64,000 nt of DNA, from assembly GCF_009914755.1 (NCBI RefSeq), contig NC_060927.1; one strand, given 5' to 3'. The position numbers were made by a program, and so were the translations under genes. The first letter of the stretch is position 1; every line of letters begins with the position of its first letter. Of this stretch, positions 1-16,547 are shown in pieces. The DNA comes from the human T2T-CHM13v2.0 reference genome, Homo sapiens. The notes beneath the pieces were generated by a model that did not search any database, was not told the DNA's origin, and worked only from the letters and a program-made list of their open reading frames with translations.

Positions 1-58
1 GATGCCTAAATGTCTCCTCGGCATATTTGCATCCTGACAGCCTCACTGTGGGGATTAG

Positions 59-499
<441 letters not shown>

Positions 500-784
500 T
501 GAGTAAGGTTCTTAAATTTTCTGAGCTCCAGTTTTCCTTATCCATAAAACAGGAATAAGACTGCCGGCTTGTAGGCCTATTGTGAAGGTTAGTTACGGTA
601 ATGAATATACCCATTTCCAGCGTGCTATCAACATAACAGGCAGTTTAAAAATGAATAATAATTTTCTTTATTCTTTACGGAAATTAATATTGGTAGATGG
701 TCATTATCTAAAAATAAAATTATGAATGTGTTTTCTTACCTTTTCTTGAATTTTTTTGAGAGTCCTCAAAAATTATACTGAAAA

Positions 785-1019
785 AAAAAAGTTCAACAAA
801 TCTATTATACATCATGGTGACTACAATTAATAACAATATATTGATTACTTGAAAATTGTTAAGAGGATAGAGTATATGTGCTCTCCTCACACACACACAC
901 AAAGAAAGGTAATGTATATGTTAATTAGCTTGTTTAGCCATTCCATAATGCATACATATATCAAAATATCCTGTTATATACCACAAATATGTGCAATTTT
1001 TATTTGCCAATTCAAAAAA
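785..1019 (+). mobile_element. Old L1 (L1MA-like) 3' end fragment
   Basis: Resembles the L1MA terminus (catggtgactacaattaataacaatatattg...gttaattagcttg...aatttttatttgccaatt) and ends in an A-tract. Confidence 0.7.
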
Positions 1020-1022
1020 CAG

Positions 1023-1376
<354 letters not shown>

Positions 1377-2005
1377 TTATGTTTTAAAGAAGTTTGGCTT
1401 GTGTTATTTTTTTAAACCTACATATTTTTTCAAGAAATACCTAACTTTTCCCTAAACTTCCATATCCAGTTTTTTTTTAAGTTTAGATTTCTGTTGTATT
1501 ATAAATTTTTCCTCATAACTCTGTATACACACACACATTTTCTATTCCTTTGTTACCACAAAAATTATAAAATGTTTTGTATTTATAGAAGTATTATCAA
1601 ATATTTTCAAAAAGTTATTTTGATTGTTGACATTCACAGAAACCCAATGAATTAGTAGGTGCAGCAGTTATTATTACTGTTGTTTCACAGATGGAATGGG
1701 AGATATATGACTTTCCCAAGACCTTGAAGCCAGTAAAGTGGTGGAGCCAGAACTCAGACCCTGGCCTTCAGTTTCCAAGTCCAAGATTGTCTCCACCATA
1801 TCTCACTGTCCCTCTCCAGGGCCATGTAGTGAAGGGCTACTGGCTAAATAAATGGAGGAAACAAGCAGAAATGTAAGGTTGAATGCCTTTTTGGAAATCG
1901 GAGGAACCAAGTATTAGCAAACAACTGAAAAGTTATGCTCAAAGCCTAACAAGAAGCCAGTTGCATTGGGAATACTTGAACTGCTTCAGAATTTGTATAT
2001 ATATT

Positions 2006-2284
2006 TAAGACAAGGTCTCGCCCTGTCACCCAGGCTGAAGTGCAGTGGTACATTCCTGTAGCTTCCATCTCCCAGCCTCAAGTGATCCTCCCACCTTTCA
2101 GCCTCTCTCAAGTAGCAGGGACTACAGGCCTGCACCACCACTCCTGGCTAATTTTTGTATTTTTTATAGAGATAGGGCTTGGCCATGTTGCCCAGGCTAG
2201 TCTGGAACTTCTGGGCTCAAGTGATCCTCCTGGCTCAGCTCCCCACAGTGCTGGGATTACAGGCATGAGCCACCACACCCAGCC
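2006..2284 (-). mobile_element. Alu (J-like), diverged
   Basis: Reverse-complement Alu, from agacaaggtctcgccctgtcacccaggctg to gagccaccacacccagcc. Confidence 0.9.
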
Positions 2285-3486
2285 TGGTACATTCTTTAAA
2301 ACAATGAAAAATGCCCTGCATATTCCAGATTTCTCTTTTCTCAAATATGCCATTCTTATGTCGTAAATACTAAATTCTTATTTGCCTTAGTTAATGGATT
2401 TATAGCTTAAATATATTTTCTGAATACTTCCTGTGCGTACTTTCTGTAAAAAAAATTAATAAACATACCCTATATTTTTAATTCTTATTCTACCCACATT
2501 TAGAAAGGATGCAGGGAGATTCTCTATGTATCTGATATTGTGGCTAAGAATGAATAAACAAATGAAAAAATCGGTCTGAATCTATTTCTACATGTCATAC
2601 TAATTTATTCAGGCCTTGTTAAATCTCTACGATCAGCCAAAATTAGAATAAGTCTACTCTAAAACAACTTGGCATTATGCTTAAAGAGCAAAAAAAATAA
2701 ATAACTGCTCCCCCAGCAGAGAATTTATCTTATGGAAGTACTACTACTCACATTCCAACTCTGTATGTACATATATGAACACACAGAAACAATTATATGC
2801 TTGAAAATTAAAATATAATTGCTGACTAGCAAATAGCAGAAAAATCTTCAACAAAATTAAAGTGGTGGAGGAAATTATAGTAGATCAAATGATGGAATAT
2901 TGGGAAACTGCTACATTATTATTTTGAAGAATTTGTAGCACTATGCAGTGTAATTTTTTTTTCTTTTGACACAAGCAAAGAAAGAAAAAATAAATCTTGT
3001 TTACACGCAGTTATAACAATGAAAAAAGGATATTTTGCATGTGGACAAAAAATTAAAAGGAGCATAGAAAAGTCAAAGGTTTCCCCCCTTTGTGAATCAG
3101 TTAACACTACTCGTATAATGAAAAACAAAAATAAGAAACTGAGTTCCTTTTGGCATACAATCCGTAGAAAACCTGTAAGTCGCTCTTTGTCCTAATTTAA
3201 GTGGATGCTGTGAACGTGAAGTGATACCAGGACTGGGTTGTGGTGCACTTGAGCCCTGACTGCACCACATGGGGAAAGTACAGAACAATAAGCGAGACTC
3301 ATTGTTGCCCAAGAACTATCATTTATGCTATCTCAAAACAAAACAAACATACTCTACATTCCACATATCTGTAGGGCATCAAGATCTCAGCATCATATCT
3401 TTAAATCATTGGATCCCAAAGGGAAAGTAAAATTGCATGAAGGAAAAATACCACACAGTGGGGAAAAATACTCCTTTTTGTAAGTC

Positions 3487-3492
3487 TTTATT
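3487..3492 (-). terminator. Distal polyadenylation signal AATAAA
   Basis: TTTATT on the plus strand; a U/GU-rich element follows on the minus strand (TATTTTTCCCCACTGTGTGGTATTTTT), with TGTA about 55 nt upstream. Confidence 0.8.
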
Positions 3493-4177
3493 TTTTAGTT
3501 GCTCCTCCCATAGTAATGCACTGAAAGGCATAACAGTTTATATTGTACAAAGCATTTGAAGAAAGTACCTCAACTTGCTGATTATTTCAAAATGAGATTA
3601 CAAACAAAAAGAAAACAAATCTGGTTCCTCAATAAAGGGCAAAATAACTGAATACAGTCTGTTATTTACTTCTCTCTTTTAACATAAGGTTGGGAACACT
3701 TCATTTTACAAATAGGATTAACATGAACATAACATCGCACAAGCTTGCAGACAACCAGCATAAAATATGGAGTACAGTTTTTAATCAGAAGAATCATGCT
3801 TCCATGAAAGAAATTATAATCGTTTATACAATTGAATCGATTTCAGTATTACAAAAACTAAGTTGCATCTATTCGTATTTAGTTCATTAAGAAGGAAAAC
3901 AAAACAAACAAACAAAAAGGAATGTTAAGAAAAGCCAAACACCATTTGGCACTCTCATACACAGGTCGGGTCACCTTGGTCCTTGAAATTCGGAAAGGGG
4001 TGTGCCTCAGACGTCATAAAGTAGTGGCTGACTGGAACAGTGCTATTTTAATCAACAAACAATAGTTTGCCAACAAATAAATACATGATACACGCAACAC
4101 ACACAAAAAAATAAACATTAAAAACAGTGACATGATTGTCTAAAATTAAGATGTTATTACAAGGATTTGGCAAACAA

Positions 4178-4183
4178 TTTATT
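4178..4183 (-). terminator. Candidate proximal polyadenylation signal AATAAA
   Basis: TTTATT on the plus strand, followed on the minus strand by TGTTTTTAATGTTTATTTTTTTGTGTGTGTTG. Confidence 0.5.
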
Positions 4184-4873
4184 AGTGGTACAGCGGTACT
4201 GGTGATGAATAGGTTACTTCACTGACTTAACCTCTTTGAGTGTTAACATCCATAGTTTACAATATACACATACCCTTTTTCCCTAGTTTTAAACAATGTA
4301 CTTAAGAAGGCAAAAGGGGGAACAAGTACTCCCTGTTATCAGTTTCTATAATAATTGACTGTGCATTTCATCCAACTACTTCTGTCTTCAAAGGGTTAAA
4401 TTACATAAAACTTTAACGAAGAAAAAAATTAAATCTGTAATTAAAAGCAACTGTTCCCAATCATGTCAGGTGATCTTGTACAAAAGAGAATTCAGTTTCT
4501 ATGGAGTGTTCATTCATATCAATGCTGCCATCTCAACTGCCCTTCTCACCCACCCATACCCTAAGGTGGGGTAAACTGGAAGATGCCTTCAGCCCACCAA
4601 GTTTTTTGTTTTCACTGAATCACTTTAAGTCGCATTGATTGATCTTCCAGAAGTCAGCAGCTGCCTTTGCTGTGCAAAACAAAATATCGAGAATAAATAG
4701 TTTCTTTTTTCTTTCTTTTCTTTTTTAAATCATTCAGTTTAAGGTCACTAGACTTTAGATGAGTGACCCTGCAGGTTTATAAGGCATTCTGCTCAGCAGT
4801 CTTGTAAATAGTCCTATATGAAAGAGCCATGCTACTGTTGGACTTGGTCCCACTCTGGTCAACCTTGATAACG

Positions 4874-5065
<192 letters not shown>

Positions 5066-6429
5066 TCAAAGAATATTGTTGGTAAATGGAAAGGGATGGG
5101 ACCCTGAGTAGGGGCATCCTTCATGGGTGTGTTTGGCAAAGAAGGCATATTTTTTGTAGAAACCACATGGGATTACTGCTGGCCTTTAGTGCCTAGGGGC
5201 CCCAAAAGTGACACACGCTACAGAACCAAAAAGAACTATCCTACCTAAAATGCAAATAGTGCTTCCATTGAGAAAAATGAGTCAGTCTCCTGTTCAACTA
5301 TAAATACAGTCATCCATCCACTACATATGTTCAATTCACCAAAAATATTATTGTGTGCTTATGACTGAAACCTCAAATATTAATAAGATATAGACCTACC
5401 TTGACAGAGCTGTGGCCTAGTAGAGGATACAGCCTGACTCCTACACTTTATAACCGAAAGCACTGAAGGTGCTTGAGTGACTTGCCCAAAGTCACTCAAT
5501 TAGATAGATAGTGGGAGAAGCATAACTAAAATGTATTTCTGCCCAACTTTTAATCCATTGTCTTTTCTCCAATTTCCCTCCATGCTTGACATACTCAGTC
5601 CTGGCACCCATAAGTTGAGGTGGATCAAATCAGCTCTACCAAAAAAATAAAACCAAACACAAGACCCAACAGTGTTCTAATCAACTTGTTTTCCAGTGTC
5701 TGCTGAGCAGAAGGTGCATGGAGGTGCTCTGTGAGGAAGTACTCTTTCTTCCCTATTATCATGTCAAATTTTAAATAACTGTTCAGAGAGTCCCCTATTT
5801 ACTGCCAAGCAAAATATTCAAATGAAATGTTTGGTCTTGACTTGTAAGTGAACTTTTCACTGTTGATTTGCTATTGTTGGTCTCATCCATTGCTAAACTT
5901 GCTTGTCAAAATGCTGCTGAAGTGGAATCATTAAAGTCCTGCCAAAGACATTCCACTGTCTGTAAACAAAGACAAAATGCCTCTGTTGTTAGGCAGAATT
6001 TCATCTCTGGGAGTCATGCTGAGACATGTGGCCAGTCTGTGGTTTCTTCCGTAATCATTGCATTTAGTTAGAAAATTTACCCTTGTAGGCTGATTTTTGA
6101 TTTGCTGGGTCATCGCTCTAAATGTACACATTTGACTTTTATGTATGCAATTTGCCTTTTGGACTTCTACAATATCTCATGATCCATTTAACAAATATTT
6201 CTTAAGCATCTACTCTATGCCAGGCTCTGTGATAGATCCTAAGAAATTAAGAATAAATAATATAGAGTACTTATCTTTGGCAGAGTTTAAAGTATGGGTT
6301 AAGTGAGCATTCAACCTAAATTATCTATTCTGATTATGTACCTACTTTTAGAGAACAAGATAAAGAGTACTCTGAAAGAGTTAAAACAAATTCTGATATT
6401 TGGGAAGATAAAAAGGAGTACAAAGAAAA

Positions 6430-6660
6430 TTTTGGAATTTAAATTTTAATCCTGCCTTTAAACCTGCCTCTACTCACCTAGCTGTGTGATCTTGAGCAAG
6501 TTGCTTAACCTTTTAAGCTTTACTTTCCTCCTATAAAACAGATGATAGTAATAACAGTATTGGCCTCCAAGAGTTGTGGAGGAATCACATGCACTAACTT
6601 ACATAAAGTGTTTAGCTCAGTGTGCCTGACTGAGGTAATACATAAATAGTACCTATTACC
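6430..6660 (+). mobile_element. MIR SINE
   Basis: Core motif gctgtgtgatcttgagcaagttgcttaacc...tttcctcctataaaacagatgatagtaata. Confidence 0.65.
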
Positions 6661-7276
6661 ATGAAATTAATTTTTACCGGATAGAGTTTCTTGAGGGAGA
6701 GCACATGCAAAATGCAGCTACTATTGTACTGGTCAACTATTTTCAATTCAATCACTATAAAAATTACAGACTATAAAAATTACAGAATAAATATATGAAT
6801 GCTTTGACTAAAGCATCTGAGCCTTTAGATTCTAGAAAATGGCAAAACAGCATATCTGCCTTTTGGTAATCAAAGGAAATAAACATTTTCATATATAAGG
6901 ATCAGTGCCCAGCATATAGCTGGTAGTTAATAAATGAACGAATGAATGATATTATGAAATAAAGTGAATTTGCAAAAGGGCCTGACCATTTTCAAACTAA
7001 TCTATATAACATGATCAAGTAACAAGAAAAATATGACTTAGGATTGCAAAATGCTAGTGTTTCTTATAACAGTAACAGTCCAGCTGGGTTGGGACTTTAT
7101 GTCAAAATGCTGGTACTAAAATGTATTATAATTATATCCCTTATCTGTAGGTTTTCAGGCCCTTTTGCTTTCTGTCACTTCTGGCAGTTTCTGGAGTGTT
7201 TAGGTATTATATCTTACAATAAATAAGAAGCATTTTTGGTGGACTAATTAAAAGAAATTTAAAAAGAAAAAACCAT

Positions 7277-7595
7277 GGCCAGGTGCAATGGGTCACACCT
7301 ATACAAATCCCAGTAATTTGGGAGGCTGAGGTGGGAGGATTGCTTGAGCTCAGGAATTTGAGACCAGCCTGGGCAACATAGTGAAACCCCATCTCTACAC
7401 AAAATTGAAAAATTAGCCTGGCATAGTGGTGAGTGTCAATAGTCCCGGTTATCCAGATGCCTGAGGTGGGAGGATCACTTGAGCCCAGCAAGTCGAGGCT
7501 ATAGTGAGCCGTGATTGCACCACTGCACTCCAGTCTTAGCAGCTGAGTGAGACCCTGTCTCAAAAACAAAGAAACAAGTAACAAAAAACCAAAAA
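7277..7595 (+). mobile_element. Alu (J-like) in the last intron, antisense to MECOM
   Basis: ggccaggtgcaatgggtcacacc...gagaccctgtctc followed by an A-rich tail. Confidence 0.92.
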
Positions 7596-8949
7596 CCTTG
7601 ATACTCAAGTTATCTCTAATCAACAAGGATGGAAGAATGGGAAATCAAGGGTTAAAAAAAAATACTAGCCACCCCTTATGGATGTCTCTAAGTAAAAATG
7701 AAATGTCTACTCTAGCTAGTTTACCTTTAATGTTAAAAACTGGAAACTTCATTTTTATCCCCATTGAATAAAAATCCACTTACCCCTTTTACAATGAAGA
7801 AATGGTACCTATAGTCTTTAAGTGATGTTCTTAAGTTCATGGAGGTAGGCTCTAGGAGCCTCTGTAGATGGTGGCTGCTTTAACTTCAGTTGAGAAAGAA
7901 CATTTATTTTACCTATTACCATACATAATATCTCAGAACTTTTTACTAAATTGAATATTATTTAATGATTTGTATTATCCCATTGACACAATGTTTTTCC
8001 CAACTTCCTTGGGATATTATTACATTTGCTGTTAAGACAAACCCAGACATCTTACCCAAATAGAAAATCATTTCCAAATGTACAAACTAATATGGTCACA
8101 TTGCAGGTCAGGCCACATACAAAATGAACTAATGGATCAGGCAATTAGACCACAGTGCCCAATAAATATGGTAATAGGAAGTTTCTTTATTTTTAATTGA
8201 CCTGAATGAACAATCCGGTTGAGTGTGGATGTCAAACAAAAAAGTACCGACTTCCTTTATTTTGTAACAAAAACACTGAGGCTCTTTTAATTGCTATTTA
8301 TGGACCCTTAAATAGATTTATTTTTAGTTACCATAGTGCTGATACAATGTTGTAGAGCCTAATAAATTTGAGTACCATTCATTCACTCATTCATTTGTTG
8401 AATTTAAATTGACAGGTTTTATTTCCAAATCTGCCAGTAAGTTGGTGTAGACCTTTGGCAACTCACTTCCTTTCTGATCCTCATTTTACTATTAAATTAC
8501 AACATGAGATGACTTGCTAATTAACTACACCTAACAATTTACTAGACATAGAAGGGGACAAAAAATAGAATTCACTTTTCAGAAAAATCTTAAAATATAA
8601 TTACATTGACAAAAGTATAGACACGGAAAATGACTCTGAGGTAATACATAAATATTTGTAAACAAACATGATGAACTAACTGTACAAAAGTAAGAGAATT
8701 GCAAAGTCAAGGAAAGATAAGTGTAGGATGGGGCTTGTCATAAAATTTCTATACAGAATGCAGCTAAATTAATTGCTTTCTTGCTTAACTATTTTGGATT
8801 TGGTCATAAATACAGTAAAGATATGAACATTTTTAGAAAGGCATCTGACCCCATTTGGATTCTAAAATATTTCAAAGATAGAATATTTGCTTTTTGGTAA
8901 TCAAAGGAAATGTACGTTTCATGCATAATGTAACCATGATGCTGTACTA

Positions 8950-9192
<243 letters not shown>

Positions 9193-9963
9193 TTATCTAA
9201 TCAAATCACTTTCATTTGAATCTATCTATACAACTGACAAACTTCATATTGTATCTGCAAGGTAAAGTAGCATGCATCAATTATTGGGTTTTTATAAATA
9301 CTTACAAACATCATGTCTTAAAAATATATTTCTGTTAAGATTTTTAGTAACTAAAGCCAAGCATATATTTGAGATAAAGAGTTAAAGTCAGTGACACATT
9401 AGTCAGTAATAGGCAGAGACAGAATTCATATATTCATTATTTCCATTTAAAGTAAAGCTAATTATGACAATATTTAGTCAACATCCATCATGAAAATATA
9501 ATAGTCCCATCAATTTAACTGTTTGGTTATTTCTTTTCATTTAAAAAGTTATCATCTATATAGATCACATATATATCTACTGAAGTGAAGTTTATCTCAA
9601 TTATACTTAACTGATGACCATGCCAGATTATTGTATAATTAGATAACGTCAAAATCTCTATTTTTCTTTGAGTTTTATAGGTAGAGTCTAACAATAAATG
9701 ATTGTGTACTTATGTAATTTTCATTTTATCTTTCCCACCTCAGGTTAATCAGAGTTGCACCAAACCTGATGTATTTATATGCTTGTGGATTATGTTGATA
9801 GCCACCTTATTTTCATCTATTTAAATCTGATCCACCATGTATCCCTTACTAATTCAAGTTTAATTTTTGTGATTTATAACTCACAAATTGCTTATCACAG
9901 GAGGAATTGCAACCGTACATGGATCTACTCTAGCTTAGTTTCTAAAGTCACCCAAGGTACTCA

Positions 9964-10239
<276 letters not shown>

Positions 10240-12594
10240 TCATTTTTAAAATTGTAATTTGTTCCTTTATTATGTCTTCCCAACAACAGTTTAGATTTTC
10301 AACACTTAACATCGGAAATGTTTTATTGTTTATGCTCTACGTCAACCATGAAAAAATAATGTGACTTCACAAATGGGAAGATAAAGAAAAAAATAATTGT
10401 ATGATTGTTCAGATTATAAATGAAGCCTCTGGCAGAACCCGAAAAACAATCTTGGTCTCCCATTTCTTATCAGACTTTGCTTGATAATTGATATTGCTAT
10501 ATATATCATATAAAAAGGCACATAAGTATGTTCTCAGCACAATTTACCTAATTGCCATGTAAGTACCCACCATTTAAAATAATAGATTTCTGGAAAATTC
10601 ATATCACTCATGGGCCGTAGCTACAATACACATGCCTAAAGTGACTCTAAAAGTCCAAAGACAATGTTAAAGTAGTTACCAAGAAACAACTGGTATTTAC
10701 TGATACTAGATGACATTTGTGGTACATTCCACCTAACCACTCTACCCATATTTGGAAGTAATTGACAGCTCACTTATTTGTACTATTTTCAAATTATTTT
10801 TTACAGTCTGAATGTGAAATAGTTCCTTGTTTCTCAGGAAAACGCCAGGGTGGAAAAAGCTCAGGTATTACAATGTACCCCCATCACTTTCCCACATAAC
10901 AAAAATGAGTATAATTTAATATTCAGATTTCCCAGGATTAAAAAATAAATAAAACAATCTTGGATGTGACAAACACACATAGTAAAAATCCATTTGACCA
11001 GAAAAAGTCATATCATTATTAAGCTTTTAATAAAAACAATCGCTTAACCTCTTTTATCAAAGAATGGTGAAAACATCTTTTGCACAGACATAAATTAGTT
11101 TCCAAACACACTGCCAACTTGCTTGCATGAGTGGATTAAAATTTTTATTTAAAAAAAAGAAAGAAAAAGTAAAAGAACAAAAAGAGTGCATGGATGAAAA
11201 TCAAAAGTAACAAAAGCCAACATAATTAAGAAAATCTATTTGTTAATTAAGTTTTCAAATGTGGCAATTTACAGAGAATAAATTATTCATCAAAAGTAGC
11301 CTGGTAGGAGTTCAGGGGAAAAACTTAGATGACTCAACCTTCTTATTTCTGTGCTGTTTAGACATGCTGAAGCCAGATGTTGCAACTATACAGGCTCACA
11401 AATCGCCAATTAAAGGCTAGAAAATTTGAATAGGCATCTCAGAACCCAAATGGTGTGTTTTGTTCAACAGTTCTTATTTGCATCAAGTAAATATCATTAT
11501 CAAAGTATAAGATCGTCACTGTTTCTTGCTTGTTCTTGCTACTTTGTCCTTCTGATCATCTGCTTCCTCTCTCCCTTTCACAAACAGACAGACAGACACG
11601 CACACACACACACAAATGGGCAAGTAAAGGGAAAGGTACATCCAACTGCACACTGGTGTAGTTATCAGACTTCTCAGAGACTGGAAGGGTCTTTTTTCTT
11701 GTTTTTCTTTGATACACTTTTATACAAGTTGAAAAACAGAAGTGGTCATTTTTTTTGTTATTTTAGTAAAAAATGTTTATTTGATGTTTGCCTTGAAAAA
11801 ATTACATAAAATAATTAATTTTGACTTTTGATAACATCAAAAACAGAGGACACTAATCCAATAATACTTGTATGATGAAAAATAATGGAACTTTTAACTA
11901 ATTTCATGTTATTTTGAAATTTACAATGTAGCATCTGAATTTAATAGGTCACTATATAGTCGTGTTCAGAAAAGTCTACTTCTCAACAATAGATATTTAA
12001 TTATAGCTTACAGATAAGAAAAATTAAATCCAGTAGTTTTGGTGAAATAGTGTTTCATTAACTTCATATGCAATGTGAAGTGCTGGGTAACTGTTAAGTA
12101 TTATCATTAACAGCATTAAAAGCTTTTTTAAATGAATTAAGCTATTCATGCTTAATGTTGGTGATGATAAAAGGGAGCCAGTGCATCAGGGCAGTAAAAA
12201 CAAGGATGTTCATACCCACTGAAACAAACAGACCAGAATTAAATGAGTAGTCACTTAAGAGGACATAAAGTAGCAATAGAATCTTAAGAAGACTATAAAA
12301 GCTTCTATGTAAAATATATTTGGGGGAAACTCCATGGGTATTTCATATATAAATGCATACATACATATGTACTATAATATGTATATTACATATATACAGA
12401 ATATACATATATGTATTTATGTATAATACAGGTATATAGAATCATATATTACCTGTAATATATATAATTTATGATGTATAATAGTAGCCACTATTGATCA
12501 GTGATTCAACTGAATCCCTGTGACGGCTTTCTCTTCTACTTCTGAAATTTTGATAACAGATTCTATTCAGCTATCAGATAGCTAAATCCTGGTA

Positions 12595-12800
12595 AAATTA
12601 TGGGCTCTGGAACCAGAGAGCTCAGGTTGAATCCCATTGATTACTTATGTGACCTCTGACACAATGGTTTAAGCTTCAATGTCTCCATTCCTTCACTGCT
12701 AAAATTATAGTGGCTATCTCATAGGGTTATGATGAAATTAAATTAATTAACACATGTAAAATGCTTGGAAGCATTTAATGTGGTATTTAATATGTACTAA
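12595..12800 (+). mobile_element. MIR SINE
   Basis: tgggctctggaaccaga...ggttgaatccc...tctcatagggttatgatgaaattaaat. Confidence 0.6.
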
Positions 12801-12921
12801 ATATATACCAGTCTTTGGTGACTGAAGTAATAGTAGTGCCACAAAAGTGAGCATAGCAAGTATATTTTAAAACATGTTCATTTCAGTCGTCACAGAGTTT
12901 AAAAAGTAAAAGACAGCTTTA

Positions 12922-13107
<186 letters not shown>

Positions 13108-15035
13108 TTATCTAGCAACTTATTTGGAAACTCACTCCTTATGAATTTGATCAGTGCTGTTTCTTAAAACATGCCCTATGAATATTAATAATAATAACTT
13201 TAGAAAGTCAAAGTCTCCCCAGTTTACCATAATACACATGCCCATGACGGTCCTTTGGGAATATATTGAACCACTGAAATCATGAAGTACAGTCTCGCAA
13301 AGAAGGTGCTTCTCTCACTAGCTTTTCCTTACCTCTATTGTGACATGAGAATATTTGTATTCACATAATGAGAATTTAGAGTGAGACAAATTATGAACAA
13401 GTTTTAAATAGATTCTGCCAAGAGACACTCTATATGAAGTCCTGGTTGCAGTCAACATGCCTTTTTATTTATTTATTTATTTTTTGGCTACTATGCTAAA
13501 GCATATAACAAAATACAGTTTAAAGGCACACTGAAAATTCTGCATCCTGGTTTGCTGGGCGAAGCTGTGAGTTGACTCAGAACACTCCAGTCCAGGGGTT
13601 GGTGCAGTATTAAAAGGACAATATTAGATATGCTGATTACAGGATGATCTTCCCCTTCCTTGCCTATGCACTGCAAGACTCACAATACCCGTATCACTGG
13701 ATTGGTGTAAGGCTTACATAAACTTAAACCACTTTTACACTTAAGCACTTTATATGTGGTTGAGCTTTACACCAACATTAGCTTCCTGTTGTTTATCTTG
13801 CCTACAAAGTATCTGTAATATAATAGTTCATCACAATAGTCTATATGACAAAAACAGGAGGTTAGAACATCCCCTCACCTAAAAGAGGTTACAATCTTGG
13901 TCAAAAAGTATTAACTTTGACATGTTACATGTTTAACCTTTTTTCTTAAAATAACTTTGATAAGAAAATTATAGTTGTATGCTATAAGGGTACACACAGT
14001 TAGAGTGGCCAGTTTTGCACATTGGATTATACTTCTCTACCTAAAATCTAATATTTTAAAACTATGATCATTAAATTGCTGACTTTGAGGGAGACGAACA
14101 GTATATACTTTTAAGTACTAATCAGACAAGATCATAAATAATGTGCCTTTATAGGGGAAGAAAGATTAATAATTAAAAAATTCCATAAATAAAGATTGCT
14201 AGTCTGTATTAATCCAAATTTTTTCTGTTCTTAAATCTCTTTGCCTGAATTCTGTATCTCTCCTCCCCTACCCCCAAAGCATAACCTTTATTCTCTGGAG
14301 ACAAATTGTGACTGCACAGGTTGGCTCTGCACACATATGCCAGCTGGCAAATGTTACTTAATGACTTATTATCTAACTATTGGAAGCCAAAGACTAGAAA
14401 ACCTACAATCCCTTCTGCTAAATATGTGCTGGCAAGGTCCCAGTTAAGAAAAGTCTAGTTTTATGCCAGTTACTTTTATCTTACTTTCATATAAGAATTT
14501 GTGACAAAAACAAAGCACTACTATCATTTGCTATGGGTTGCTCTGATCATGTCAATAGTCTCATATTCCCAGTCTTAACAAAAATTACCAAGAGAGGTTC
14601 TCTGAGCTGCAGGCCTTTTACAAAAGCAGCTATGCTTTCTAGATTAATATTCAGAGGGTGACATTCTGGGGCTGCTACTCTAGAGACTCTGCCATGCCTA
14701 GAGGCCACATTCTGTGCCAACAGGTGAAAAGACTGTCCCCTGTATTTTAGGAAATCTTGTTTCATAAGTCTCCTGCGAGTTTAGGTCATTGTCCTCTTTG
14801 CTTAAAATTACCCATTAGGAAGATAAAAACATAATCCAAATAAGGCCACTGAATTATAAATTAATGATCACATTGCTCACATTATTCTAAAATCTCAACA
14901 GAAACTTCCTGGGAATTTTTACAATAAGACCTGATTTTGGCGTCAAAATGGAATAAAAGAAGAAAGATCACATTATCTTATTATCTTTTAAAACACGAAA
15001 AAGAAGTCATCTTTGACTTATAACACAATTTATTA

Positions 15036-15299
<264 letters not shown>

Positions 15300-16233
15300 T
15301 CATAAAACAACATTTTAAAGAAAAGGCACAGGGAGAATACTATTCACACAATTAAGATTTCAATTCCAATATACTCTGATTGCTTTAAAGACTTTCATGA
15401 CTTTATCAGAAACCATAATAAAATATTAGTGATTTGATTGCTCCCAAATTCATTAATCAGTACCAATATTTTAAGTAAACCTCATAAAATAAAGCACATT
15501 GAGGAACAGTAGCATTGTTTTATCTTCTGCTTAGGACAATACAACTAATTTTTTTGTAAACAAACAAAAAACATTCATATAGTTTTCAAATACAATAAAA
15601 TATCACTTTTTAATTCAAAATTTCAGTCTGATTAATTTCTCAGGAAATTCATTTTCTCAGGTGCTAATCCTAAAGAAAATTCCATTATCAGTTTCAAAAT
15701 AGCAATCAATATTTTAGACTTTTAAAACTAAAACAATGTAAATAATTTAGTCTGATACCCAAGAATCAGCTACCACAAAGCCTTTTCTCTGTTAATCTTT
15801 AAACTGTTATAAAAAAAATAATAATGCCACTAAGTTCTCTTTTTGGAATGAAAGCAAAGGGCTTCCATTTATCTCCCTTCCTATTACCCCCTATTTTTCA
15901 TTTCTCTTTTTCTGAACGAGTCTCTAGCAGTCTGAATCAGGTTGGTTTTTCATGAAAGCACTTATTATTGGTTGGTTAGTTGTTTCTGTCTTCCATGTGA
16001 TAAAAAAAATCATAAATTATTTTTAAAGTTTTCCTTTAGTCATAAAATGAAAATACAAAAATGCAAGGCCTCCTTCCCCTAGCTCTCATTAATGAAGAAG
16101 AAAAGGGTTTTTAGTAATTGAGAAGGTATTGTCCTCTGTCATTTTAAGGTAAAGATTCCATTATTTGCCATCATTTGTTTATGATTTTGGGGGGCATGTT
16201 ACTTGAAAAAAAAAGTTAACTTTCTCCAAATGA

Positions 16234-16547
<314 letters not shown>

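Larger units (their letters stand above)
3465..4873 (-). other. MECOM: MECOM 3' UTR (~1.4 kb)
   Basis: Repeat-free, U-rich stretch between the stop codon and the distal AATAAA; the 3' end is approximate. Confidence 0.8.

Noticed and set aside
12340-12480. TA-rich self-complementary tracts (also about 56290-56450)
   Set aside because: They are low-complexity sequence, and apparent hairpins are expected from composition alone.
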